A stretch of 63,960 nucleotides of DNA, the filler included, from Octopus bimaculoides (Eukaryota): assembly GCF_001194135.2 (NCBI RefSeq). It is 4 parts of 4 records of this genome, joined end to end, with 100 filler letters (N's around TTAATTAATTAA, not from the genome) between each part and the next. Parts side by side here need not be neighbours in the genome. Positions count along the whole stretch, not along the records: positions 31,613 to 49,872 come from NC_068987.1; 3 more parts are not named here. One strand, 5' to 3'. Shown here piece by piece: positions 35,506 to 48,711 of the stretch (the first letter of the stretch is position 1; each line of letters begins with the position of its first letter). The notes below the pieces were generated by a model, which worked only from the letters and a program-made list of their open reading frames with translations, had not been told where the DNA came from and searched no databases. Made by a program: the position numbers and the translations under genes.

Positions 35506-36387
35506 TATATTTGGCCCAAACGTATTCAAACCAGCCAGATCTGGCTTCTCTCACCTACCGTACATGGTTTTACTTAGGTTAGAAATAACAAAAAAAAAAA
35601 AACTAAAAGCATAAGAATAAAATATAATTGTACGTGCACAAAACAGAAACATCCAACGAATTAAAATGGCAAACGAAGATAAGAAAAACAAATGATGTTT
35701 TAAGTGCGAAACTACAGATTGACGTAACCAGACGGTCATGGTGACATTGCATTGGAGTTGTTCTTGTATTCAATTTCTCAGAAATTATCTCTAAAATGCA
35801 ATGGGTATTGTGAGCTTCTTATTTTGAATTCCCATAGGTATAATTTAACATAATTAGCCATGTGAATTTTATTTTTGTAACATTTTTGCCTTCCCCTCTT
35901 ACTTAGCTCTTCTCTTTCTTATTATTCATTGTTTGTGTGTGAATATGTATTAGCGAGAAATATCCATTCTGAAGTTTAATGCTTTGTGCCAACATCGTGA
36001 TGATGATGTGTTCAGGAGGTGTAAATATTTAACTGTAATCTTGCATAATTACATACAAAACATATTGATAATTACATAATTAATTGTTAAAAATGGTGTC
36101 TTGGCTTTGTTTTACCTTTTTTTTTTAAAGTTTGTTGTGCTTCGTTACATTCAAACTGCTGCATCTTAGCAAAAGATGCATATGTAAAAGCACAGGCAAT
36201 GAATGGCTTTGTGCTTTTAAGAAGCTCACTTTGCAACCTTGTGGTCCTGGGTTCAATACTGCTGTTTGGCACCTTAGTCAAGTATCCGCCTCTTCTATAG
36301 CCCTGAGCTGACCAATGTCCTGTGAATGGATTTGGTACATAGAAATTGTGTGTAGGTTCATTGTACACACGTACACACACACACACG

Positions 36388-36443
<56 letters not shown>

Positions 36444-37290
36444 CATGTTTTGTGTTTGCATCCCTCTGGTGTCTTTTACTAATACCCCAGGTCAACTGGT
36501 TCTTTGTGAGTGAATTTGGTTGATGGTAACTGTGTGGAATCCCATCATATATATATGTGTATGTGTGTTTGCCCTACATCTCTGCAAACCGAATAGCGTT
36601 GGTTTGTTTCTGTCCCCCATAACTTGGCAGTTCAGCAGAAGACATTGGTAGAATTACATGATGTGGAACCAAAATAAAAACAATTAAAAAAAGCTATGGT
36701 GGATTTGTTCAACTAAACCATGGAAGACAGTGCCCCAGCATGGCCACAGTGACTGAAACATGTTAAAGATAAAAGTTACGTCTTAAATTCAAAAATGTAC
36801 GTCATACATTCTTTGGAAACTGATTAGATTTGGGAATAAAAAGGAAGAAAAAGAAAAAGATTTTTACTTTGCAGGGTAGGTGTGAGAGCCTGGATCTGGT
36901 CAGTTTTGAATATAAAACATAGAATATTTGGGCTGGATATTAGCCAGTTTAAAGGCTTATTGGATAATTAAGAAGGATGTTCTTGTTCTTGTTATTTCAC
37001 CTAAATCAGTCTTGCTCAAGCACACTTGTCCTGAGGCAGGGGTTCTCAACCAGGGTCTACAAAACCCTTAAGGGTCCTTATAAGATTTTGTTGTTAGAAT
37101 TTTTGTGCAATAAATTGCTTAGAATTTTATGATACACAAAATATTAAAAAAATTCTTTTTTTTAAACAATTCCTGATAATATTTAATTATGAAAATATAA
37201 TGGAATTTTTTTTAATATTGAATGGCTATAAGGGTCCATCTGAATAAAATAGGAATCAAAGGGGTCTCTTGGCAAGACATGTTTAATCTC

Positions 37291-37690
37291 TTTTACCTGT
37301 CTCAGTCATTTGACTGCGGCCATGCTGGAGCACCGCCTTTAGTCGAGCAAATCGACCCCAGTACTTATTCTTTGGAAGCCTAGTACTTATTCTATCGGTC
37401 TCTCTTGCCGAACCGCTAAGTTACGGGGACAAAGACACACCAGCATCGATTGTCAAGTGATGTTGGGGGACAAACACAGACACACACACACATACATACA
37501 TATATATATGTATATATATATATGTATATATATATATGACGGGCTTCTTTCAGTTTCCGTCTACCAAATCCACTCACAAGGCTTTGGTCAGCCCGAGGCT
37601 ATAGTAGAAGACACTTGCCCAAGGTGCTATGCAGTGGGACTGAACCCGGAACCATGTGATTCGTAAGCAAGCTACTTACCACACAGCCAT
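37291..37690 (-). mobile_element. Family B SINE, full length
   Basis: Head, internal (TA)n spacer and 3' half are all present. Confidence 0.85.
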
Positions 37691-38214
37691 GTACCCCTTT
37701 TGTTACCATCCAAAGCTTTAATGACCATATCTTTTTGCCCTGCCATACAAGTATGGAAGCTGGGTGTTAAATGACAATGATGAGAACAGTGAGTGCCACT
37801 TTGATCATGATGACTTATGTGTCCTTACATTATTGAAAATACAGTAGTGTGTGATATAAGAGAAATTTTGGTTGCTATTTCTAGCATGATGGGCAACCTC
37901 GTAGTACTCCCACCCACCCTGCCACACCCTTCAGTTGTGGCAGCGACGATCAGATTTGTGTATGTGTGTGCGTGTGACTGTGCACGTGCACTATAAATTT
38001 CCACTGTACAGAACCTGGCAACAATTAAAAATGCTGTCGAGCACCTGCAGAACTTGTCTATCCTGTTTCATGGAAGATCTACATTGTAAAGTAATGTTTG
38101 CATTGAAGAGGTTTGCTTCTGAGGTCAACTTCTCATGTTTACTCTGCTGTGTTCTTTACTTTAAACTTCGTTTTTTTTTTTTTTTCATGGCTCTTAATCT
38201 GGGACTTTATTTTC

Positions 38215-38259
<45 letters not shown>

Positions 38260-38802
38260 CCTTTCTTTAACAGATGGTGCCATTATTTTCATAGTTCTTG
38301 CGTAGAGAAGCACATGTCATATTATACTTATTCTATAGCTCCAATATTCATAAACACACTCGTGTGTGTGTGCGCATACACACTCAGACTTATGTATGTG
38401 TGTACACACACACACACAAATTAATACTAGCAGATATTTTATAGAAAATTAGTTGCCTTGATAAAATCCTAAACTTAAAGCTGCTCACAGATGGTGAATA
38501 CACAGAATCTTCGCACTTGTTACAAATGCTAGAACTTGCACTCTTTAAACTTTGGTTCCAACCACGCACCACAATATGTCTAAAAGCTACATCCCAAAGC
38601 TAAAACTACCTGTTCATTACTAAAAAATGCTGACCATCCCAAAAGCAGAAATAGAATCTATATTAACCCCTTTCATTACCGCATTTCTGTTAAAATTCAC
38701 TGCTGTTGTTTCATTTAATTTGGAAAATGATGAAGAATTTTGTCGGGTAAAACAAAACTTTGCCATTATAAATCTGGAACATAAATTTACATGAGATTTT
38801 AA

Positions 38803-39084
38803 CCCATTAACTACCAGTGATCTCATATGAGATTACTTAAAAATTACAAATTTCGTAATTATCTGTCAATATTTACACATATCTAACCTTTTTGCTATAT
38901 CTACTAGGTATATTTCTCTGATATTAAAATGAGGTTTGCTAATTTTTCACCCAATATCTTGCTTATTTCTATTTAAAATGTTATTTTGATCATTCCAGCG
39001 TGTTTCTATGCTAGGCTGTTTTATGCTAGGAATCAAAGTTTCATAAAAGAAATTCCAGTTAATAGAATTATGGGAGGTAATGGG
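38803..39084. mobile_element. TTAA-flanked (piggyBac-like) MITE
   Basis: TTAA-cccatta ... taatggg-TTAA. Confidence 0.65.
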
Positions 39085-39116
39085 TTAATACAAGATTTTA
39101 ATTTAGATCACTTTAA

Positions 39117-39331
39117 CCCTATAATATTCAAGATTTCAATGATGGAATTATTTATTTTTAGAATGACTTTGTACGATAGGTGGGAGAGGCCAGATCTGGG
39201 CAGTTTAAACATAAAACATGTAAAGTAATTTTGGTTGGATAAGGCCAGTTTAAATGCTAAAGGATTAAAGCTGGAGGTTTGTATCATAAGGTCCAAAAAG
39301 GCAAGTCTCAGGTGAGTTAGGGACAAAAGGG
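39117..39331. mobile_element. TTAA-flanked (piggyBac-like) MITE
   Basis: TTAA-CCCT ... AGGG-TTAA. The interior is related to 9800-9965, 36860-36960 and 47229 onward. Confidence 0.7.
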
Positions 39332-39893
39332 TTAATGTGCTGACAATTTAATTATACTAGCCTTTTGGGGACCTCAGCCAATTTAGTTAAGAAAAGTCAA
39401 GGATTAATTAAGAAACATGAAAAATGCTTAATAAAAAAAGGGATGAAACTTGAACATAGTTGTATTTTTAACATAACATGTTTGAAATGATAGTTGCTCC
39501 CTAATTACGTGCACACACATACGCACATGCATGTGTGCATGCACGCGCACTCTGTTATAAAACAATAAGGTAAACCATAACACATTGCTACTACATCTCT
39601 CATTTGGTATCAGTGTTGGATGTGACCGAACAATCTTTCTTTCACTGGTGTCAGTAATTAAACTCTGGCCATGCTGGAGCACTGCTTTCAAGGGCTTTAG
39701 TCAGTCATATCAACCATATGACTTTGTTTGGTACTTATTTATTTAACATGGGGAAGGTTCAAAAGCAAAGTTGGTGTATACAGAAAGCCATAACCAAGAC
39801 AAAATGAACATTTTTTTTTTATAAGGCATTTTTTTTTCATACACAGATGTTGTGGTCCTTTATTGATACAAACACCCCAGTGACCTTTTACAC

Positions 39894-40073
39894 CAGTGTC
39901 TCTCAACCATATTCTACCTGTGGATTCCTTTAATTCGTAATTTATTCTTCTAGATTCTAATAAACATTCACTGTATATAACAAAAAAATTGAAATATTTT
40001 GGGCATTGTAGAAGTGTAACTAATTTATTGCACAAAATTTTACAACAAAATGAACCCTGGTCGAAAACCACTG
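39894..40073. mobile_element. hAT-type MITE
   Basis: Imperfect TIRs cagtgtctctcaacca / tggtcgaaaaccactg with a perfect 8-bp TSD ttttacac. Confidence 0.85.
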
Positions 40074-40371
40074 TTTTACACCTATATTCATATAACACAA
40101 TTGCAGGGTGGAAGTTGTTTATAAGCCATTAGATTCACTTCAGCATGGAATTTTGTCAGTGAACAGGATGTGGTCTCAAAGCGACGAAAATATTTTTATA
40201 AATTAAATTTAAATGTTGAAGTGTAGCTAGCAGTTTTTGTGTGCTTTTAAATGGCTTATAAACACCCTCCACGCTGCAATTGTTTTTGTTTCAGCTCACG
40301 ATCTCAGATCAGGTCACTTGCTATGCAAGTACATCTCTGTAAAATCATATTACACAATATTCATATAACCA

Positions 40372-40715
40372 GGTGCAGGAGTGGCTATTTGGTAAGTAGC
40401 TTGCTTACCAACCACATGGTTCTGGGTTCAGTCCCACTGCGTGTCACCTTGGGCAAGTGTCTTCTACTATAGCTTCAGGCCGACCAAAGCCTTGTTAGTG
40501 GATTTGGTAGATGGAAACTGAAAAAAGCCTGTCATGTATATATATATATATATACACATGAAACCTGTCATGTATGTATTTGAGTGTCTGTGTTTGTTCC
40601 CCCCACCATCGCTTGACAACTGATGTTGGTGTATTTATGTCTCTGTAAACGTAGCAGTTCAGCAAAAGAGACCAATAGAATAAGTTCCAGGTTTACAAAG
40701 AATAAGTCCTCGGGT
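40372..40715 (+). mobile_element. Family B SINE
   Basis: ggtgcaggagtggct...ggttcagtcccactgcgtg...agaccaatagaataag. Confidence 0.82.
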
Positions 40716-41461
40716 CAGTTTTGTTTAACCCAAGGCTACAACGGCAGACTACTGTTTCCCATGGTGTCTTAGGATCAAACTGAGAAACCGGTCATTGTGA
40801 AACGGATTTCTTAACCATCCTTGCTTGCCTTGTTTTATTTTCTGCTGTTGCTGCCTGCATCTTTGGTGGAATGTGATGAACAGGCTTGGCTGTCTGGATG
40901 CTGATGATTTGGCACCATTGACTGGACACTCAGCCTGATTTGGTGACCGTATGTTTTGACCCTAGAAGCAGACACACCCACTGCACGGGTGTGTAGGAAT
41001 AGACAGATGCAGATAGATGGGGACAGACAGACAGATACTGCAATTTATTACTGGAACACAGTGGACATGAATGCTCATACGCATAAACGGAGAGAGACAG
41101 GGGGAACTTTGCACATACATAGAAACATAACTGGATGCTCAGACTTTACTATTTATTAATTGAACATAATTGATATGAAACTCATAAGCATAAAGAGAGA
41201 TATGCTCACAGAGTGAAAGAGAGAGACAGAGAGACAGATCTATTACATATACATAGAAACATAACCAGATGCTCACGTGTAATCAGAGAGAAAGAGAGAG
41301 AGAGAGAGAGACTTTACTATTTGTTAATTGAACATGATTGATATAAAACTCATATGCGTAAGGAGAGATATGCTCACAGAGAGAGAGAGAGAGAAACAGT
41401 CAGGCATTACACATACATAGAAGCATAACTAGATGTTCACACACATAAACACAGAGAGAGT

Positions 41462-41498
<37 letters not shown>

Positions 41499-41611
41499 TA
41501 CAATATATTAATTGAACACGACTGACATAAACACTTTCCCTTCTCCTCATGCACGTAAAAAGAAGTGGAGAGGCATTACAATTACATGCAAACACAACCA
41601 GATGCTCATAC

Positions 41612-41653
<42 letters not shown>

Positions 41654-44626
41654 ATATATGAGAAATATTAAAATGTCTAATGTAAAGACATTTTTTAATA
41701 AATGCCCACTACACCCTTGGAGTGAGTGGTTGGCGTTAGGAAGGGCATCCAGCCTTAGAAACCTTGCCAGATCAGATCAGGACCTGGTGCAGCCCCCACC
41801 CCACCCCCTGCTTACCAGTTTTCAGTCAAGCCATCCGACCCATACCAGCATGAAAAGCAGATGTTAACTGATGATGATGATGATATCAGCATCAAATCAA
41901 GCAGTGCCACAACAGCAGTGCCGAAATGTCTCATACCATTCTGTAGATCATGAAAGGTATTTCTCCGTGTTTAATGTTAATACCTTGAGAAACACAACAC
42001 GTTAAATGGGTGACAAGAAACAAACCCTATCTAATTTTCAGCTCAACTTATTGTAAATGCTATTGAAGGTTTCCCATTATCTTGCATTTACCATCACACA
42101 AGAATTGATGTCTGTAGTTTTCTAAATTTGTTAATGCACCTGCCTAGTTGTTGGATCAATTTCTCTAGCTATTTACAATCTAATTAACAACCAAACTTAA
42201 TGAAACTCTACTTTGGTGATCTGGCTAATGACTATAATCAGTTTTTGAAGTAGTATGCACATGCATACGCACTCATATGCAAATGGCTCTAATCAATTTT
42301 TAAAAAATATATTAATACACATGCACACACACATTCACAAACACACTCACATATTCACAAAAACACACACACACACACATTCTCAAACACACACATTCTC
42401 AAACACACACATTCTCAAACACACACATTCACAAACACACACACATTCACAAACACACACACATTCACAAACACACATTCACANNNNNNNNNNNNNNNNN
42501 NNNNNNNNNNNNNNNNNNNNNNNNNNNNNNNNNNNNNNNNNNNNNNNNNNNNNNNNNNNNNNNNNNNNNNNNNNNNNNNNNNNNNNNNNNNNNNNNNNNN
42601 NNNNNNNNNNNNNNNNNNNNNNNNNNNNNNNNNNNNNNNNNNNNNNNNNNNNNNNNNNNNNNNNNNNNNNNNNNNNNNNNNNNNNNNNNNNNNNNNNNNN
42701 NNNNNNNNNNNNNNNNNNNNNNNNNNNNNNNNNNNNNNNNNNNNNNNNNNNNNNNNNNNNNNNNNNNNNNNNNNNNNNNNNNNNNNNNNNNNNNNNNNNN
42801 NNNNNNNNNNNNNNNNNNNNNNNNNNNNNNNNNNNNNNNNNNNNNNNNTTTCAAGCACACATATTCTCAAACACACACACACACACACACATTCTCAAGC
42901 ACATGCGTACAGACACATACACACACACACATTCTCAAGCACACACACACACACACATATGCAAATGACTATCAGGTTTTGAAATATTATTTGTAAAAAC
43001 ACTCACCCCCCCCTCTCTCACTCATTCTCTTTTGTATGGTCATATGTGGTCGTGTGTGTGTGTGTGTGTGTGCGTGTGTATGTATGTGAAAAAGGCATAT
43101 TGAGACTATGTCAACAAGAGTTTCCTTCCTACATTCTGTCTGTCTGTCTGTCTTCCATTAGCTTTCCAACCCTGCCCTCCACACATGAATAAATGATGGT
43201 GTGGGGGTTATTTCTAAACCATATTTACTGAGGCAGAATACCAGAAGTTTCAGAAAATAAACCATTAATTGTCATATCATTGATTTCGAAATGGAGGTTC
43301 ACAGAAGGAAGGCGGAGGAGGAAGGGGGGAAAGCTGGTTTATGAAACATTTTTTTTAATGCACTTTTCACCTAAATGTTTGCCATCATGTCAAATATTCT
43401 GAGAGTTACCATGATGACTGAAGGAATTAATTGGGTTGATTATCTCACCTTTAAGAAGTGTTAGTTCACATTCTGCTTCTGCTATTCTTCTGCTTCCTGG
43501 GTTTAGTATTGTGTTAATCCATTAGTTACCATATTTCTGTTGGAACTACATTGCTTTTGTTTCAATTCTTTGCGTAAANNNNNNNNNNAAAAAAAAAAAA
43601 AAAAAGAAAGGTGCAGGTATGGCTGTGTGGTAAGAATTTATTTCCCAGCTAGCTGGTTGCGGGTTCAGTCCCACTGGACGGTACCTTGGGCAAGTGTCTT
43701 CTACTGTATCTCCAGATTGACCAAATCCTTGTCCTGGAGTCGATTTGTTCAACTAAAGGTGGTGCTCTGGCATGGCCGCAGTCAAATGAGAGAAACAAAT
43801 AAATGAATGAAAGAACAAACATGAAATTGTGACGGAAGGCTTTAATTTAGATCCCTCGAACCACAACAACGTGGATCACAGAACCAAAGGGTGACCTCTG
43901 ATGGGTTGGTATCAAAAATATTTAAATTGTTTCTATGTCATTTTCTGAGCTTTTGAACAGGAAAGCTTAAAATGAAAATAAGTTGAATACGGTGCTCATT
44001 TTAACTGAAATTAATATTAACCGATATTTTAATTAGTATTAAAATCCATTTCTTGTATTTAGCCGTATTCCAATTAGTGAAATTCTTTAGTTATTCTTCT
44101 GGTATTTTACTTATGCATGTGTGTTTGTGTGTGCATATGTGTTATGTGTATATATGTATGATATGTGTGTCTGTATATATATGTATATATGTGTGCGTGT
44201 GTTTACACGCACACATATATCGTNNNNNNNNNNATGTATATACCTGAAGATGAGAAATTATACACACACACGTGTATATATGCATATGTATATACCTGAA
44301 GATGAGAAATTACACACGCGCACACACACACACACACATGTATATATGTGTATGTATGTACCTGAAGATGAGAGAGAGGTTATACTAACAAAAGCATAAA
44401 TAACACATTATAAAATGAATAACCTTCCAAAATTAAAATTATTAACCTGTCAGTCTATTTGCATAACCAACTGAAGACGGTGTTTTGTTGTGCTTATCTT
44501 TCTCCAAGGTTAACACGGGGGGGGGGNNNNNNNNNNNNNNNNNNNNNNNNNNNNNNNNNNNNNNNNNNNNNNNNNNNNNTTCCAGAGAATTTATTTTCTA
44601 TATTATTGCAATAGCTCCCTTCAGGA

Positions 44627-44661
<35 letters not shown>

Positions 44662-45469
44662 TGATGTGGAACACGTACACTGCCAAAACGGAATCCTGAC
44701 AAATGAGAATATTGGTTTCTGATATAAAACCAAAGACTTTTCAGATATAAAAGAGAAACAACGAGAGAGTGTGATCATCATGACCACCAGCCTTTAGTGT
44801 ATCAGCAATTTAATTGGAGAAAATTGGCTACCATCGTCATTGTTGTCATCGTTGTCATCGCTGTCATTGTTTTTAATGTCCACTTTTCCATGCTTGCATG
44901 AGTCAGATAGAATCTGTTGAGGCAGGTTTTCTATGAGCCAGTTGCTGTTCCTGCCACCAACTCTCACCTCTTTGCAATTCGGGTAATATTTCCCCCAATA
45001 GTCAGACATTGTTTTCTATGGAAGACTGGACTGGGAAAAAACACCTTCACATACATACATACATACATACATACATACATACATACATGATGATGATTGT
45101 TTACATCCATCACATGATGTCAAGGCAAGGGCATGTGCATTCATGCACACACACACTCGCACCTATATGTATGACAGGTTTCCTTCAGTTTCTATTTACC
45201 AAATTCACAAGGTTTTGGTTTGCCTGGGGCTATAATAGAAGACACACGTAGGAATTGAAATCATATGGCTCCCACCTGCTAGTAACTTCTCTCTCTCTCA
45301 TCTCAAAATGAAATTTGAAGAATTGTTTCTGAAACAAGCACAAAGGTTTTTGATTTTGAGAGGGGGGGGGCAAGGGTGGAGCTACAAGGAATTTTTTATG
45401 CTGAGGCATTTCCCAAGAGAATATTTATTATTTTTTTAATTTAATTTGTTTACTTGCAGATCCAAGGTG

Positions 45470-45975
45470 TAGACTTTGCAGCCCCTTCTAGTTTGGTGAG
45501 GTTGGTTCCATTAGCATTCCTCTTGAACCCTTTTCAGTCTAAAACTTGTGGGAAAGAAAAGAGCAAGGAAGGGGACCAACATTCTGAGAACGAAGGAAGT
45601 AGTGCAGTGCTTAGGAATTAGTACAGGGTTTAAGGGGTTTGGACACAACAAGGTGGGGGTTGAAAGGAGAAATGAGTAGGATAGGAATACTTGAGTGGAG
45701 GGAGCATTGCCGAGCCAGCTGTGAGAAGCAGAGGCCATTATAGATGTGAGGCAGCTTGTCTGTGGGCCAGAGGCTAGAGTGCGTCTGCGAATGAGGTTAT
45801 ACCAGTCAGTTGGGTGGCCCTTTTTTAGATGTGGTCTATGATGCTTGTGTATGTGGTAACAGCACCGTGCCAGATATGGGGACAATACTCCATTGCAGGC
45901 CTTACCTGTGGTTTGTAGAGTGTTGATAAATGTTGGGGGTTGAAGTATGTTCTGACCCTAAAAAGAAGAGCCAGT
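45470..45975 (-). mobile_element. LINE 3' end (Jockey/CR1-group-like post-RT region), frameshifted
   Basis: The minus strand reads FRVRTYFNPQHLSTLYKPQVRPAMEYCPHIW, then ..HRPHLKK.. and IPKHCTTSF..FF. An A-rich tail lies at about 45425-45455. Confidence 0.75.
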
Positions 45976-46199
45976 CAATGGGATCAAAAAAGGAATAGAG
46001 ATAATGATGTTTGTTTGTTTGTTTTTTTTCTCTATTTTTTTTGTACCCTGAGACTCTGGAATTTCAAGAATAAGAAAAGGGGACGTCACTGTAATCATAA
46101 AATTAATTAGCACCAGTATCATAGCACCCACGTAACTACCCCGAACAGCTCTTCAAGTCAGTCCTATATTGTTCTATACACTTTACTCACTTTTCTGAT

Positions 46200-47230
46200 A
46201 TCATATGTGAGAGTCAACATTATCTGTCTTGATTTAAATACATCCTTCATATCCTTTCATACAGCTTTGCATTGAGCAATTCTTCATGTCAGCTCTGTAT
46301 GTTGTTCCATTTGCGTCAGTGTCATCTGTGATCACGTGAGCTTCAACATTATCTATCTTGGTTTGAATGAACCTATATTTCAAACAACCATGTGTTGAAC
46401 AGGTCTTGAAATCTATTCAGCACTGCTCCATTACATGTTGCTGTCTTTTGTCATGTCATCTGTGAGTTTTGACATTATCTGTCCTGATATGAATACATCC
46501 TCATGTCTCTTTATGTAGCCATGCACTGAACAGCTCTTTCATTCACTTCTGTCTTGCTCCATACATATCAGTGTCTTTTGTGATATCAACCTTTGTGAGT
46601 TCAACATCTGTCCCGATTGCTCCATATGTGCTGGTATCTTTTGTGATACCATTTATAAGTTTCAAGATTATTTGTCCTGATCTAAATGTGAGTATAATTC
46701 CTTTGATAGAATCTCAAACAACCATGTATTGAATAACTTAAGAAACTTATTCAGCATTCTTTCTTGCATGCGGAGGCATGTGGTTTAATGGTTGGGGATG
46801 TTGGAATTATGATCGTAAGATTGTGGTTTCGATTCCTGGACTGGGTGATGTGCTGTGTTCTTGAGCAAGACACTTCATTTCTTGTTGCTCCAGTCCACAC
46901 AGCTGGCAAAAATGGGTATCCTGGCAGTGGACCAATGTCCCATCCAGGAGAGAAATATATATATATTACAGAAAGCAAGCAACCAACTCTATGGGTCTAT
47001 ATGATTCAGGGGGGGAATTATCTTATCCTATCTGTTTTTCCATACGTGTTGCTGTGTTTTGTGATATCATTCGCAAGGGTCAACATTATCTGTTCTGATT
47101 TAAATACATCCACATGTCCTTTCCTACAGCCATGCATTGAACAATTCTTAGATCTGTTCAATATCTCTCCTTACATGCTGGCGTTTCGTCATCATTATCT
47201 GTAAATCTAAACATTATCTGTCCTAATTTA
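46200..47230. repeat. Degenerate ~127-bp tandem array interrupted by a family D SINE (about 46770-46960)
   Basis: caacattatctgtcctgattt.aatacatcc recurs at about 46215, 46342, 46470, 46600, 46660, 47080 and 47210. Confidence 0.75.
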
Positions 47231-48221
47231 ACCCTTTAACATTCAGATTACACTCTCAAATGTAATATTTATTTATTCAAATTGCTTTGAATTAATCATG
47301 CATTATTTTGTAGCTTTATGGAGGCGCGTGATCGTAATCTTTCGATTCCTGGACCTGGCAATGCATTGCGTTCTTGAGCAAAACACTTCATTTCACATTG
47401 CTCCAGTCTACTCAGTGTGGCTTAGTGGTTTGAGTGTCAGCATCATGATTGTAAGATTGTGGTTTCAATTCCTGGACTGGGTGACACATTGTGTCCTTGA
47501 GCAAAACAGTTCATTTCATGTTGCTCCAGTTCATTCAGCAGTAAAACTGAGTAATCCTGCAACAGACTTATCGTCCTGTCCAGCGAGGAATATATAGGCC
47601 AGAGAAACCATGAAAAACCTTTATGCTCCTTACAGAGTAATGTGGACTAGCCATCTTATTATAGCTTTGAGATTTCGGTGAAGTGATCGTTTACTTTTTA
47701 GAATGACATTGTAGGGTAGGTGCAAAAGGCCAGATCTAGCCAGTTTGAAAATAAAAGACGGGAGGATATTTTGGCCAGATACGGTCAGTTAGATACCTAT
47801 TTCTAGGTATTGGTCTACTTCCACCACAGCTTGCTTCTCTTTCTGTCAGCACAAACATTGGAACAAAACAAAATTCTGGCGGCATCCCAGTTTCTTGCTG
47901 GTATTATTTGCCTACTTGCTACTTTCATTCCATTTTCTTTGACATTGATACTTAACTAATTCATTAATTGGTTTTGGATTAAACTGGATTATCCAGTCTT
48001 ATTACAGATATTCAGATGTGAAATATGAAACTATAAATATTCTTTACGATATTATATTGCATGTGTGGGTGTATATGAATTGTGTGTGTGTGTGTGTGAG
48101 TATTCATATATATGTGCGTGTGTGTGTGTGAGTATTCATATATATGTGTACGTGTGTNNNNNNNNNNTGTGTGTGAATGAGTTTGAATGAGTTTACTTAC
48201 ATATACTGCATGTTTGAGTAT

Positions 48222-48275
<54 letters not shown>

Positions 48276-48634
48276 CATTCCTATTATAACTCCAGGTGTG
48301 TGCGTGTGCATGCATGTCCTAATTTCTCCAATCTCATTCCATTTCATAAATGCCATCTTTTATACACATGTATGTATGTATATATGTGGGTATGTATATA
48401 TGTATGCGTGTATGTATGTATGTATATATGTATGTATGTAAGTATCTATGTATGTATGTGTATACACACAGAAAAGATGCAAGCATTTCTGAAATTACAT
48501 GAATATCTTGTGTGTGTGTGTGTGTAAATATATGTTCACATAGGCATGTTACTGGCTATACCCCAGTATGGCCACAGACTTTAGGCTAAAAAACATAAAA
48601 TATATATATATATAAATAAAGATATATATTTATG

Positions 48635-48711
<77 letters not shown>

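Noticed and set aside
45460-45495. Perfect-looking 36-nt plus-strand exon (IQGVDFAAPSSL)
   Set aside because: It lies antisense in the 3' UTR and A-rich tail of the LINE fragment, which explains the apparent polypyrimidine tract.
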